Program-made: the position numbers and the translations under genes
Source of the DNA: Marsupella aquatica
Taxonomy: Eukaryota > Plantae > Marchantiophyta
Assembly (NCBI GenBank): GCA_973895155.1
Contig: OZ316897.1
Span: 11,307,832 to 11,371,831, forward strand
Direction: 5' to 3'
DNA: 64,000 nt
Shown here: positions 52,690 to 64,000 of the stretch, piece by piece
How the letters are laid out: every line of letters starts with the position of its first letter
How positions within the stretch are numbered: the first letter of the stretch is position 1
Notes under the pieces: generated by a model
What the model was told of the DNA's origin: nothing
The model's database searches: none
Seen by the model: only the letters and a program-made list of their open reading frames with translations

Positions 52690-53730
52690 GGTTGTAGGCA
52701 TTTACTCTTAGTCTAGAGTTACAAGTGTAACCATAGTTAGGGTTAACCGTAGTTGTAGACTAGGTTAGGTTAACTAGGCTGCATATTATATCCCAAACAA
52801 TGCTTGCTTGGATAGGAGGAACTCAGCTTCATTGTTACCAAGCCAATTGAGAGATAGTGCGATATTGTATTGCGGGGACTCAATATGGCTGACGGGCCTG
52901 GAGTGCAGTGGAGCTCTCGTGTGTTCCCTGTTGAGCATTGACGACATTCGCAACGGCAAGCCCATGAACCATCCAACGTACAAGAGTCGACACAGAGAGA
53001 TACGTGGTTCACCTCCACATGAGGCTACGTCCACGGGAACACACAAGAGCTTTACTGCACTCTAGGCCGACCGGCCATACCAATGTTGAGCATAGACGAC
53101 ACTCGTAACGGTAAGCACATGACACATCCAACGCGCAAGTAGTCGACACAAGAGATACGTGGTTCACCTCCTCGAGGCTACGTCCACGGGAACACACAAG
53201 AGAGCTTTACTGAACTCTAAGCCCGTCGGCCATACCAAGTCTCCACAGTGTAAGCTCTCCTCATCTCTCAAGTGGCTCTATAACAATGAGCCTAAGTTCC
53301 ACTTATCCAAGCAAACACCGCTTGGCATATAGTGTGCATCCTAGTTAACCTAACCACGTCTCCGACTACGGTTAGTCTAACTACGGTTACATGCCGTAAC
53401 CCTAGACCTTGAGTAAATACCTAACAACCAAGCATCCATAGCACAAGCTCTCCCTATCTCTCAACTAGCTCCGTAACAATGAGCCTAAGTTCCACCAGGG
53501 TCTGGCATCAGCCCTGGCTATATGCACAATAGCACTACCGCTAACATTAGCTAAGTCCTAACCCGAGTTAGACTAACTGTGGTTAGCTCATGAGTCACAA
53601 GACTAGAGCAATATCTAACATTCCCGTGGACGTAGCCTCAAGCTAAGGTGAACCACATATCCCTCTGTGTCAACTACTTGTGCGTTGGATGATTCATGGG
53701 CTTGTCGTTGTGAATGTTGTGTTTGCTCAT
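52690..53730. mobile_element. Foldback/long-TIR element: ~240-bp imperfect inverted arms (52690-52930 / 53188-53430), internal ~150-bp tandem duplication, and a further inverted copy at ~53620-53728
   Basis: e.g. ggttaggttaactagg.tgca / tgca.cctagttaacctaacc; tgcttggata / tatccaagca; gaggctacgtccacgggaa / ttcccgtggacgtagcctc. Confidence 0.7.
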
Positions 53731-55730
53731 CAAAGGTGGGGTGGATGGCAAGAAGGTTGGGAATGGTGCACGGGCGGGGTGGGAACATGGGCCTCTGCAA
53801 GCATGTATGGCATTCCATCTACTAACAGGCGCTCAAGGCAGGGGTGGTGGATTCCCCTCCTTGTTGGGATGAGTAGGAAGGAATTGGGGAGGAGGTTTTT
53901 TGTTGGTTGGTCATACGCATGACCAAATAGATCAAATATTTAGCAAGTTCTCATCTAGATTAAACAAGCATAAAGCATTCCGCTTAGATACTCTTGTGTA
54001 TATTATACAACGAGCATATTCCCCTCCTTGTTGGGATGAGGGGGAAGGAATTGGGGAGGAGGGAAGGGGGTGAGGCATAAAAGGAAAAAAGGGGAGAAGG
54101 AATAAAAGAAAAAATGGAAAAAAAATCAAAGAGGGCGTCAAACATTTTCTGCCTGTCATTGCAATGATAGCATATTGTGTAAAGCATGAGAATATAAGGC
54201 CACAACAACAATTCCATAACCACAACAAAATGGCAACAATGGCAACACCAACCCGCGGGCTTTCTTTACGGTAGTCGAAGATTGGCTACCATAACTTTTA
54301 TGAGAGTTCCCGTAATACTTGAGTTACACAAGGGCCATATCATGTTAAGGCTGGGCTTTGAGACTCCCCACTCCAACCATGTCATTGAAACAACAACACT
54401 TGCGCAAGGACGTCTCACCTGCAAGTAGTAAGGGATTGTAACAATACCACTTCCATAACCATAACAAGTGAGAAATGAGATGAGGACAAGCCACAATGAT
54501 AAGTGAGCAAGGCACTTCCATTGCACTAGTACTTGTGAGTAAACTGTAAAGCGACAATTTAGACTCGACTATGCAGTAAAGCGACACCAGGAGATAGCCT
54601 GCTACAGCAAGTGCAACCAGCTCCCGATCTCACAATCACCAATTCCAGGTACGAATTGCTCATCAGGAACCCGCAGGCGAATCGCATCAGTGAGTGAGTC
54701 TGTTCATGTTTGTTTGGTCTGTGGTCATTCAGTTCCATTTGCTCGTGTTCCCGCTCGTGTTCCCAACCCCAACAAAGTGGCTTGAGACAAATCGCAGATA
54801 TCATCTTTGTTTCCAGAAACAAATGTCTATGCTTGTTTCGTTTCTGGCCATTTAGTTCCATTTGCTGTCTTTCCCAACAAACTGCCTTGGCACGTTTATT
54901 TTCGGAAAATAATGTTTGTGCTTGTTTACATGGACCCACTGATGAGAATGGATCTTGGCAATTAAGAAATCAATCATTTGAATTTACCTGGGAAGGCATC
55001 TAAATTTTCAAATTCTATTTTCAAGTCGAGGAACAATCGTAAATGAGGAACAAATGTAGAGAGCACACGGGAGAGGAACGATTGAGATCTCTAGAAATCG
55101 AGTTCTGGGAATTTCAGGAGATTACTAAAGCGAGCACTCGAACACCGACTTTCTATACCTGCAGAGCTGACATTTCATCTAACCATTACATCGAGCACTT
55201 CTGCAAAATTTCCCTGAGTGAGCAGACTACAAACAGCTTCAGGGTGCATTTCGTACAGGATCCAATTGAATTGGGACCGATGTCATGACGCCCTCTTAAC
55301 CACTTGCAATTGTATCGGTGCAGAATTGAAATTTGCTTCGAAGGAGCGTTCCAGTTGTTGCGGATATATAGATCCTGCGAGGCTCCTGCCTGTGCTCAAG
55401 AAATACAGGGAGGAAGGCAAGTATTTCAAACCGGTGTGAAAATTCCTTGAAAACTTTACAGGCCCTATCTCTTGTTACGGGTGGGAGCTGTTCTCCCAGT
55501 TTCTCATTTAGCCTATTCTTAGGTGGGTATTGGTAGGTTCGCAGGTCCGTTTTACTGTTATGGACGGCCATTTTATCCGGCTCTCAATTGCTTCTGCTGA
55601 AATACAGTTTTGGGGGCTACTGCCGAATTCCTACCGAAAATTCTGGCTCGTGGAAGAGGTAAATAAATGAAACAAAGAACGTTTGTGTAAACCCGCATCC
55701 CTAATCTCGAAGCCCCATTTTGATCCCACA

Positions 55731-57026
55731 ATGTCAGCAAGGCGTTTTTCAGAGCTAGTGATGGGTTGGGGATGCAAGCTTGAGAGAAGGTCTCAAATAC
55801 AGAGACATATGGCCGTCAATTCTACTCTGACGGGATTAAAACCACAGACGGTCAAGGCACTTTTGCCGGGAGAGGTGGGGACGAGAAGCCAGCCCAAGCC
55901 TTACGTTCGGACCTCGCATTTTAGCTCCAGCACAACCCTACACTGTGCAGTGGTTGATGATTCACAAGTTGCTACCAACAGACTACCAGTACAGGTTGGA
56001 GCTTCTCTTAAAATAGACGTATCCGGGACGGCAGCTGGGGTTAATGTTACTGTTGGAGAGAATCTGGAAGAGGTGTTGATTCAGCCTAAGTGGGTGAGAA
56101 ACCGGGAGTGTGGTCAATGTTGGAAGCTGCTTCAAATCACGTCTTCAGACAACAAAGTGGATGTGCAACAGGCCGATTTTCAGTCTCAGGGGGTGCAGCT
56201 GCCGCAAGCACTGGTCGAGATGAATGTTCAGATGCCTGCAAGATGGTGCAGTCTTATTGTAAAGGCTGGCATCGGTCCTGTGTACGTCCAGAATGTGAGA
56301 GAAGGTAATTTAAGACTGACGTCAGGTGGAGGAAATGTAAAGTTGGGCGACATGAAAGGAAGTGAAGCCTGCATTGACTCTGGTGGGGGAGATGTGGAAG
56401 CAAATGTGGTACAGGCAAAATCTTCTTTCCAAACAGGTGGTGGAAAGCTATTGGTGAAAAGACTTCAAGGCACGAGTATTGCATTGGACAGTGGTGGAGG
56501 AAGTGTTGTCCTTGGATCACTTTATGGGGATGAAGTAATTGTGGAATCTAAAGGTGGGTCTGTGGAGGCTAAGGAAATTCAAGCACAAAAGAGTGCTTTG
56601 GTTTCCAGCAGTGGTGGTAATGTAGTCATTGATGGGATTGACGGCAAGGTAGTTATTGAATCTCTTGGAGGCAATGTGGAGCTCCAGCTGAATGAGCACG
56701 CAGAAGAGGTTACCATTGATGCAGGAAAGAATGGACGCGTAGTGCTCTCTCTCTCGGCCAGGCTTTCAGCTCAGTTGAAATACGAGGGAACTGAAGGTGT
56801 TGTGCAAGAAGGGTGTATTTTAACCTCTGGGCCCGACTTTGGTTCCTTTGAGTTCACCGGCGGGGAAGTGGCGCCCAATAGGCAGGGGACAACCTCAGGT
56901 TGGAGAGGGTCTGAAAACTACTTGCCTGGTGGAGTAACAGCTTGCAAGATTCTTGTATCGTCTGCATGTCAAGTTCTTGTGAAGCAAAGAAGTTGGTTTG
57001 AGCTGGTCACCAGAAAGGTCTCATGA
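55731..57026 (+). CDS. Intronless DUF4097 (putative adhesin beta-repeat)/FAM185A-like protein, ~431 aa, with possible organellar transit peptide
   Basis: Single long ORF with 7-8 repeats of (S/T)xGGxV/L beta strands (LTSGGGNV, IDSGGGDV, QTGGGKL, LDSGGGSV, ESKGGSV, SSSGGNV, ESLGGNV); Arg/Ser-rich N-terminus; first ATG at 55731. Confidence 0.8.
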   Translation: MSARRFSELVMGWGCKLERRSQIQRHMAVNSTLTGLKPQTVKALLPGEVGTRSQPKPYVRTSHFSSSTTLHCAVVDDSQVATNRLPVQVGASLKIDVSGTAAGVNVTVGENLEEVLIQPKWVRNRECGQCWKLLQITSSDNKVDVQQADFQSQGVQLPQALVEMNVQMPARWCSLIVKAGIGPVYVQNVREGNLRLTSGGGNVKLGDMKGSEACIDSGGGDVEANVVQAKSSFQTGGGKLLVKRLQGTSIALDSGGGSVVLGSLYGDEVIVESKGGSVEAKEIQAQKSALVSSSGGNVVIDGIDGKVVIESLGGNVELQLNEHAEEVTIDAGKNGRVVLSLSARLSAQLKYEGTEGVVQEGCILTSGPDFGSFEFTGGEVAPNRQGTTSGWRGSENYLPGGVTACKILVSSACQVLVKQRSWFELVTRKVS

Positions 57027-59220
57027 CCATCGTCTTCTAGACTGAGATTTCTTCGAAGGAGAAGTTACAAGAAAGGGAAGAGGAATGAGTCTCATCTTGT
57101 ACACAGGTTGGAAATATAGAAACCTCCAAGTTTCCTCTACTGGGTCTCCCAGTTCTTCTTAGTCAACGGAAATTCTTAGTAGTAGGAAGTCGTTTAATGG
57201 AGTTCGCTGGTTCAGATCAGACTTGTTGACTCGTTTGAATCTATGTCAGCCGATATTCATCATGTGCAGATCTTGATGACACCATTTCAAGGACAGAATA
57301 AGATTCCGAGGTATGAGGATCTGCTAGGACAGAATGGAAGATCAAGGATGTGGAAAACAACTTTCTCTGGTCTAGTGACGCCCACTGCAGCACCCACCCG
57401 CGGGGGCAAGGGGGATGCGGGGCGCGTGCTCCTTTTAATCCGAACTTGAACTTCAATAAAGACATAGTTTAAGCGACCGAGTGCACACCAGAGAGAGAGA
57501 GAGAAGACCAGTACCATCTCGGGGACATCCTCTAGGTGAAAGTCGCCATACACATCTTCAAGAGGTAATAGAGTTCTCCTCACGGGGGGGGTTTGGCAAT
57601 GCAAGTCCCCAATCCACTCACAGCTATTATTGTTTCAGTGGCCTCGAGCTCATGAATACCGACCACATAGTTGAAACAACAGAGTTCTCTTCAATGTTGG
57701 AGACGCCAATTCCAAGAAGCAAACGCACCAGCTGTTACGATCCATACAGTTTCCTCCACTATTGTTAACTGAATGTAAACCTTCAAATATCTGCAATTCG
57801 CCAGTTCTGTATCTTAATCAGCTCGATGTAGGAAGGTAACTACTTGTATCATCAGAACACAAGTGGAGAAGCCCGAACTTATACTCGTGCCATACAACAA
57901 GGGGCATGAGATGTTTTATGAATCTGGAAATAGCTGGTCCCCAAAAGAATTCGGGTATCCATTGGATGTGTCACTGTAATTTGCTAGTTCCTTATTTTGC
58001 TGCTCAATGCTGACATTTAGTGCTCATGGACATTTGGGATTTGATGCAACGATAGTAGTTTACAAAAATTACCATGTTTTCGCAACATGTGGAAATTCAC
58101 AGTTGGATCTGGTTAGTCGGCATGTCCCTGCTCGCATTCACAGGGCGCGTGATACTTGATCTTGGTTTTGAATTTCATCTCTCGGGGCTGACATCTAGCT
58201 GATTCGGGAGCTTTACCGTAAACTTCCCTCAATCTTTACACCCGACGGACAGGCGCCAGCCAACTAGATCTGCTGCGCATAGAATTTTTACACATAGTAG
58301 GTGTGAGGTCAATATCCCCTCCATAGCACACCAGTGGAGATGGGATGACGCTATCAAGCCTCCGACTTCGTTCGAGTATAAATGTCCTGATGTAAGAGTC
58401 CTTGCTTAGTGTGAGCACATTTTGATACTGGAGAATTATACTTCTTGGAGCATCTCTCCTGTATCACTAAATAATTAAACTTCTTGCAGCCGGATATCGC
58501 AATTCTTCTGCGCACTTTCACATGTAGAAGAGCCACAGCCAGGGCGTTTGGTCACCGTCCGTGAGAATCCAACAAACAACCTAGGTATCGGAGCTCTGAT
58601 AGAGAGGTAAAGGAAAAGCGCTTTCAATAATGGATGGCTAGACAAGTGGTTTGCCAGCATTAGCCTTGAGTAAGGCCCTTTGTTGTTACTCTTTTAATAT
58701 TTTAGGCCTACCTGTTCGTCAAAGTTTGCGAGTTTTTTCATTTGCAACCTGGCCCAGAGACAACCTGTCAGTTCATAAAACCTCTGTTAAATGGGAGCCA
58801 CACAACAGAGGTGGATTATACAGATAATTATAGCCAAACTAATCGCATAAGCAATAACATTTAGAATGAACACAGAACACCTCCTATTGCAGTCAAAGTC
58901 ACTTCTTACCAACTGGCAAAACAGGACAGGTTGCAGTGAAGGCGGCCTTGAGGTGGAGCTTTTGGTGCTGAAAAAATCGCTTCTCTGTCTGCACCATATC
59001 GTGAGGATTAACACATTCATGATCAAGAGCATTTGTAAGTCTAATGTCATCTAAGGTGCGCTAGATGTTGCGCACTTTACCGAATACTACCTACAAACAA
59101 CCCACAAACACTCGCGTGAATTCGGTAGGTCACAAAACTTGCACGGAACACAACAGCCACTAGAAGGAGGTAGGTTCTTACATATGTCAAGAGTCATGAG
59201 CTATCATCCTATTCGTCTCG

Positions 59221-62200
59221 TCAGCCAGGATCAGCCTTCAATTGCTGTTTTAAGTTCTGAAGAGCTCCAAGCACGTCTGGGTCCAGGTTGTGTTCCAGCA
59301 ATTTCCCTTTCACCGAGTACATACTGCCCATCCATAACAAAATTTCCAGTTCAGCTCCATAAAAAGTTTAGAAGTTAATTAACTTCGTACTTATATAGCA
59401 ACGACTAAGTTCTGAGCTTGCCTACAGGGGAGTAACACAAGTGAAGGGATCATAAGTAGCGTGGCATACTTCTCATCATGAAGAATCTCCTGCAGTTCTT
59501 TTTTTGCTTCCTTGATCTACACCAATCAACAACGAGTTCTAGTGCTCAGGAGAGAAAAGAAAGTTCCCACGACTGTAGATACTAGGCTCACGATCAAAAG
59601 CAGACAATAATCGTCCAAAATCAAAACCCGAAAGTCAGACGAGACTGTCTCTTGAACAGAATTTATGGGACATTGACAGCATTTGGCCTTATTTGGAACA
59701 CGTCAAAACAGGACTGAACAACTAGGACAGCTCAAGAATTAGATTCTTAGAAAGGAGAATTGCACTGGAGTATTATGAATTTCAATCCTCTGAAGTCGAC
59801 AATTCTTAAAACGCAACAGTAAATGTACCTCAGAAATAAGTACTTTGCAGTTCCAAATGTTAGCACCCTGAGAAGCACACAGATGGCATTTAAGTCGAAA
59901 ATGAGAACAGCAGCGTGCTCAGTGACAACGCAAAATAAGCAATGGAAATTTGCGTCCACGTTAAATGCTCCAAGCTCAGGTCTGAAGACAGATTGATCGA
60001 ACAACAGCCAAGACTAAAAACTTAGCAAAGGTTAACCAACATGTATGCTACTCATTCAACCCGATGCTTTTGAGGGAGTTGGCATTATACCGCTCCATAT
60101 GCTGCATGCTGGTGAAAGGTGTCGGACGAAACCACCCACACTTTGGGACAGCCATCTACTCTCAGCAATGATACCTGCACGGGGTATAGGCATTGCGCTC
60201 GTTAAAACATCACAAATAACTCTCAACGTGTGGCCCTGGGTGTCGCCAACAAAATTGCTTAGGACCAAATCGCCTCAACTCATGCTACTACGAGAAAGAA
60301 ACCACGTTAATGTGGCACTCATTGGAAGCACTTGCCTCCCTTTCGATCCATGAATCAGCACATGTGGTGACAGTATACACCACGTCCACACTGCAATGAC
60401 ACTCACCACATTTCACACAGTTCAATTCCATTCTGTGATTGCGACGGCTTCAACCACACAATTTCTAAAGAGTAATTGTCAAAGCTTACGCTTTCCATTT
60501 GAAAGTCCTTTCGTAGATCCACCCATTTTTGTGATACCTGACCTGTATTAGGTTGTTCGTCCGGTTCTAAATTTATCTCAAAGAAGCCACTCTTACTATG
60601 CACGTGACTTGTACAACTTTTAAAACGGCTCCTTCACACAACATGCATGAGGTATCCAGAAGTACGGACTTTTGCGTTGTCTCCATACGATTAGTCAATC
60701 CGGACAGCATGGCATCGAACACGATAACGATTTTCACACCTGCCATAAGCAAGAATATGCACCCAGTGAGAGGTGTAGGTCAAAGCAAGCTCAAGCCACA
60801 AGACGAGATAATTCCCTCTTCAAAATCCGTCTCTAAAGGCACATAGTCAAGATGCCTTCATTCTACACATGTCAAGAGTACACAAGATACCTCTTATAGC
60901 ACTGAAATGGATCATCTCATCAATCAGCTTTTGGCGTGCTGTGTCCAAATCACCCTTTGAAAAATGCTTCTTCAGCTTGGGCCAGTAGCCACATAGATTG
61001 TACCCATCAACCAGCAGGACAGGTGTTGCTATTTCAAACCCCTCATTCGTACTACACACAGAAGACCACAAGAGAGCAGATAAGGATTCCCACAATAGGA
61101 AGGAGTCACGGAATGCGTTTGGCCACATCAAGTTTACAACCAAAAATATTCTCTTCTGCAAACGAACATATAAGAGAGATCGCCTGTTGCTTCCACATCC
61201 CATTTGAACTTGAGTCCCTAAGAATGGAGCAAACCGTTTTTGCTGTAATTGACATCCAATGCAGCTGACAGAACTCAACAGTCTCAGATTCGCACTTCTA
61301 CTCAATGATGCACACCTATATGGCACAGAATCTCCTCGAAGTCACTACGCTTGACTAACTGAAACTGAGCTAACGGCCAACACACCCCAGTATGAAGAAA
61401 GGAGAATTTGGAACAGGGCAACTTGAAAATTGAAGGCAGGCAGTCAATCCGTATGCGTGCTTGTCCGTAAGCTCTGAGAGAAGGACAGGTTGCCTTACTG
61501 GTAGAGTTTCAAGGTAGGATCCTCGTAACTTTTAAGGCCATCTGGTATCTTCTCAACCTTTTTCTTCCGGTAGCTTGTTGCTGGCCTTGCAGAGGTTGAA
61601 GCAGCCTTGTGATTCATTTCCTGAGTGAAACAATAGAAGCCCAGCGCTTAATTTCTTGGGTGAAGCAAGTGACAGTCGATATGTGCAGCATGGCAATGCG
61701 AGGCTAGGCTGTCTGTGATATCTGTGATATACGTTCATTCTGAACGATGATATATGGAGGCCCACCTTTAACAGCTTCAAATACATCAGGTTTTGCTTGA
61801 CGTTGGAAGTGATTCTTCGGGGTGTGGGTTCTGGTTTCTGTCGTACCATGGGAAAACGAAAAGTTAACATCTAGCAAAGAAATTTGTTTGCTTTCCATGT
61901 TGTCCCACTTCACCATTAGCTTTTCTAAAACGTTTTCAAATGGTTCCCTATTCATGTATCAAAAGGCGTTCATTTCGTAGATAGTCGTAATGTGTATCAA
62001 ACGGGAACAATTCATGGACAAGATAGGTATGCGAATTCAGGCCACCACGATATTCCTCACATTGTTACGAGCAAAGGGAGTAGCCCAGACTTATGCAAAT
62101 TTGCTAATAAGGGACACAGGATAAGTCTACCTGATTTTGCTGGCTTGAAGAAAGCACACTGAGGCGCGGAGCATATGAGGGCACAATATAGTGGAGTGAA

Positions 62201-62229
62201 GGGACGACACTCCGCCCGGCCAGGACCAT
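59221..62229 (-). CDS. YacP/Rae1-family NYN-domain endoribonuclease (At2g02410-like, probably plastid-targeted), ~10 exons
   Basis: Spliced motifs PRRITSNVKQNLMYLK, PATSYRKKKVEK, VLLVDGYN, ARQKLIDE, VIVFDA, ADSWIERE, DGCPKVWVVSSD, GKLLEHNLD; stop at 59221. Start exon (MVLAGRSVVP..., 62229-62131) is inferred; additional 5' exons are possible. Confidence 0.9.
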
Positions 62230-63329
62230 GATCCACCTTCCCAAGAATAGGCTAGATGAGAAATTGGGAGCACAGCTCTCACCGGCAAGACGACATGGGA
62301 TCTGTTAACTTCCAAGAAATTCCCACAACGGTTTGACGTACTTCCCTTCCTGTCGGTGTTCCTCAATTAGAGGCTGGAGGCTTGGAGGATCTTTATATAT
62401 CCGCCACAATCGAAAAGCTCTTTTCGGCGTACTTTTTCAGTTCTGCACCAGAATGCATAATGATTAATTAGCAAATTGAATTGGTGTGTCTTCAACTTAT
62501 AATCCTTATCACTTATCCTTTAGTCATTCCAAACGAGAAATGACAACAGAAGAACGTTAGAACTATCCAAGATTCAAGACTGGGGAATTGCGCAGTGATT
62601 GCTTCTAGATCCTTTCTTACTGGACATCCTTTGGTAGACGATTTGGCCTGCCTGAAAATTGTGGTGGGAACATTTGAGACCAAAGGCGGAGAGGAGACAT
62701 GAAGTCCATTCGGGCCTTTGCCAACATTTGTAATGAAGGTACCGAGATTGAGGATTCAGAGAAAGGGAGCCATGCAGCCACTGAGGCCTGCAAAAGGAGC
62801 ACATATGGCACTCATTTCTCAGGACATAGTTTAGTTTCGGTGCATACCTTGTCAGGGTGCTTCAAGGTAGAGATGTCAATGGATAACAGTACGGTGGCTC
62901 CACATCGCCCGAAATGCACGCCCTCTCCCGTCTTATTCTGGCCTTCTGCCGATCCTTGCAAAGCATATGTGCTCCTTGTTGTGACGCCATCTCATCAAGG
63001 CCAAGATTTGCAAGCAATCTCACAGCTAGCTGGGCAAACCTCGAATTCTCACTGGAAATGTCGGTATCTCATATTCTCCGTGATACGAAATGCTTACAAT
63101 CGTCGTGGATCAAAGGATTGTGGGTCTTCAAAGAATTGTGGGTCTTCCAAGGATTTACTGTACTATGACGTTCAGGGCCAGAAGAGCTGGATTTTCGGGA
63201 CAGGGAGTAGTAGGACATGGTTCTCCTCACTCAAAGGTTCTTAATTTTCGTGGATCAGCGCCTTCTGAGGGACGGGTGGTCCACTGATGGCTCGCAACGT
63301 ACCAGGCCCCTTCTCCTCGTGTTGTCCCG

Positions 63330-63440
63330 ACCCCTTCGTCTGTCTACCCCACCCTGCTCTATCGCCCCCTTCGTCTGTCTACCCCCGACCCCACCCTGCT
63401 CGCTCGCCCCCTTCGTCTGTCCCCCGCTCGCCCCCGTCCC
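63330..63440. repeat. C-rich tandem repeat (ccccttcgtctgtc...) x3
   Basis: Directly visible. Confidence 0.8.
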
Positions 63441-63659
63441 GTAATAATTGCAGATCAAAATATGATAAAAAGTGTTCTAGATGATAAATCTTGTTAAATT
63501 TTTAGATTAGTGAGTGCACAATGCACATTTTGATGTGTGATTACTGGCAGGGCTCTCGCCCCCTTCATTGTGCTCGGTATCACTCGTGTATGGTTGTTTC
63601 ATTGTATTTAATATATTTGTTCTAGCCTAATATGTTTGTACTATACCAATGTGTTTGTG

Positions 63660-64000
63660 TGACACAAAAGATGTTGAGATGAAAAAAGATATCAAGGTGA
63701 GGAAAAGATATTGATGAGAGTAAAAAATGCCAAGGTGAGGGAAAGAAGTTGAGGTGAGAAAAATGTAGCGAGGAGAGAAAAGAGGATGAGATGAGAAAAA
63801 CATGTAAAGATAGGAAATTACGTCCAGGAGATAAACGATATCAAGAGGGAGGGAAAGATGTCTTGGTGAGATAAAGATGTCAAGGTGAGATCTTGAGGAG
63901 AGAAAAAAATGTTGAGGAGAGAAAAGCCTGGAGAAAAGATGTTGAGGGTGAGAAAAAATGTCGTGGTGTGATCAAAATAATGTTAGAAAAAGATGGCAAG
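63660..64000. repeat. Degenerate ~21-bp purine-rich minisatellite (gaaaaagatgttgaggtga)
   Basis: Recurrent motif up to the window edge. Confidence 0.7.

Overview
Eukaryotic nuclear DNA from an intron-rich land plant; a bryophyte such as a liverwort is my inference from gene content and style, not proven. Seven protein-coding genes can be supported by hand-splicing: (1) the 5' part of the spliceosomal DEAH helicase PRP22/DHX8 (-, runs off the left edge); (2) an unusual 6-exon gene (-, 5385-9377) encoding an MLKL/UND-like four-helix bundle, a coiled coil, a degenerate U-box, a TPR-like hairpin and two NBR1-type ZZ domains made by a tandem intron+exon duplication; (3) an LRR-III atypical receptor-like kinase (-); (4) a plastid-type TRM1 tRNA G26 dimethyltransferase (+); (5) the NOP2 rRNA m5C methyltransferase (-, ~18 exons); (6) an intronless DUF4097/FAM185A-like protein (+); (7) a YacP/Rae1-family NYN ribonuclease (-, with a GC-AG intron). 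Intergenic DNA holds MITEs (one with a 5-bp TSD supported by a paralogous empty site), SINE-like repeats, a long foldback, a decayed unknown ORF and many local tandem repeats. The best candidate for an undescribed system is the 4HB-U-box-ZZ-ZZ gene. All coordinates and alignments were done by eye; no database search was run.
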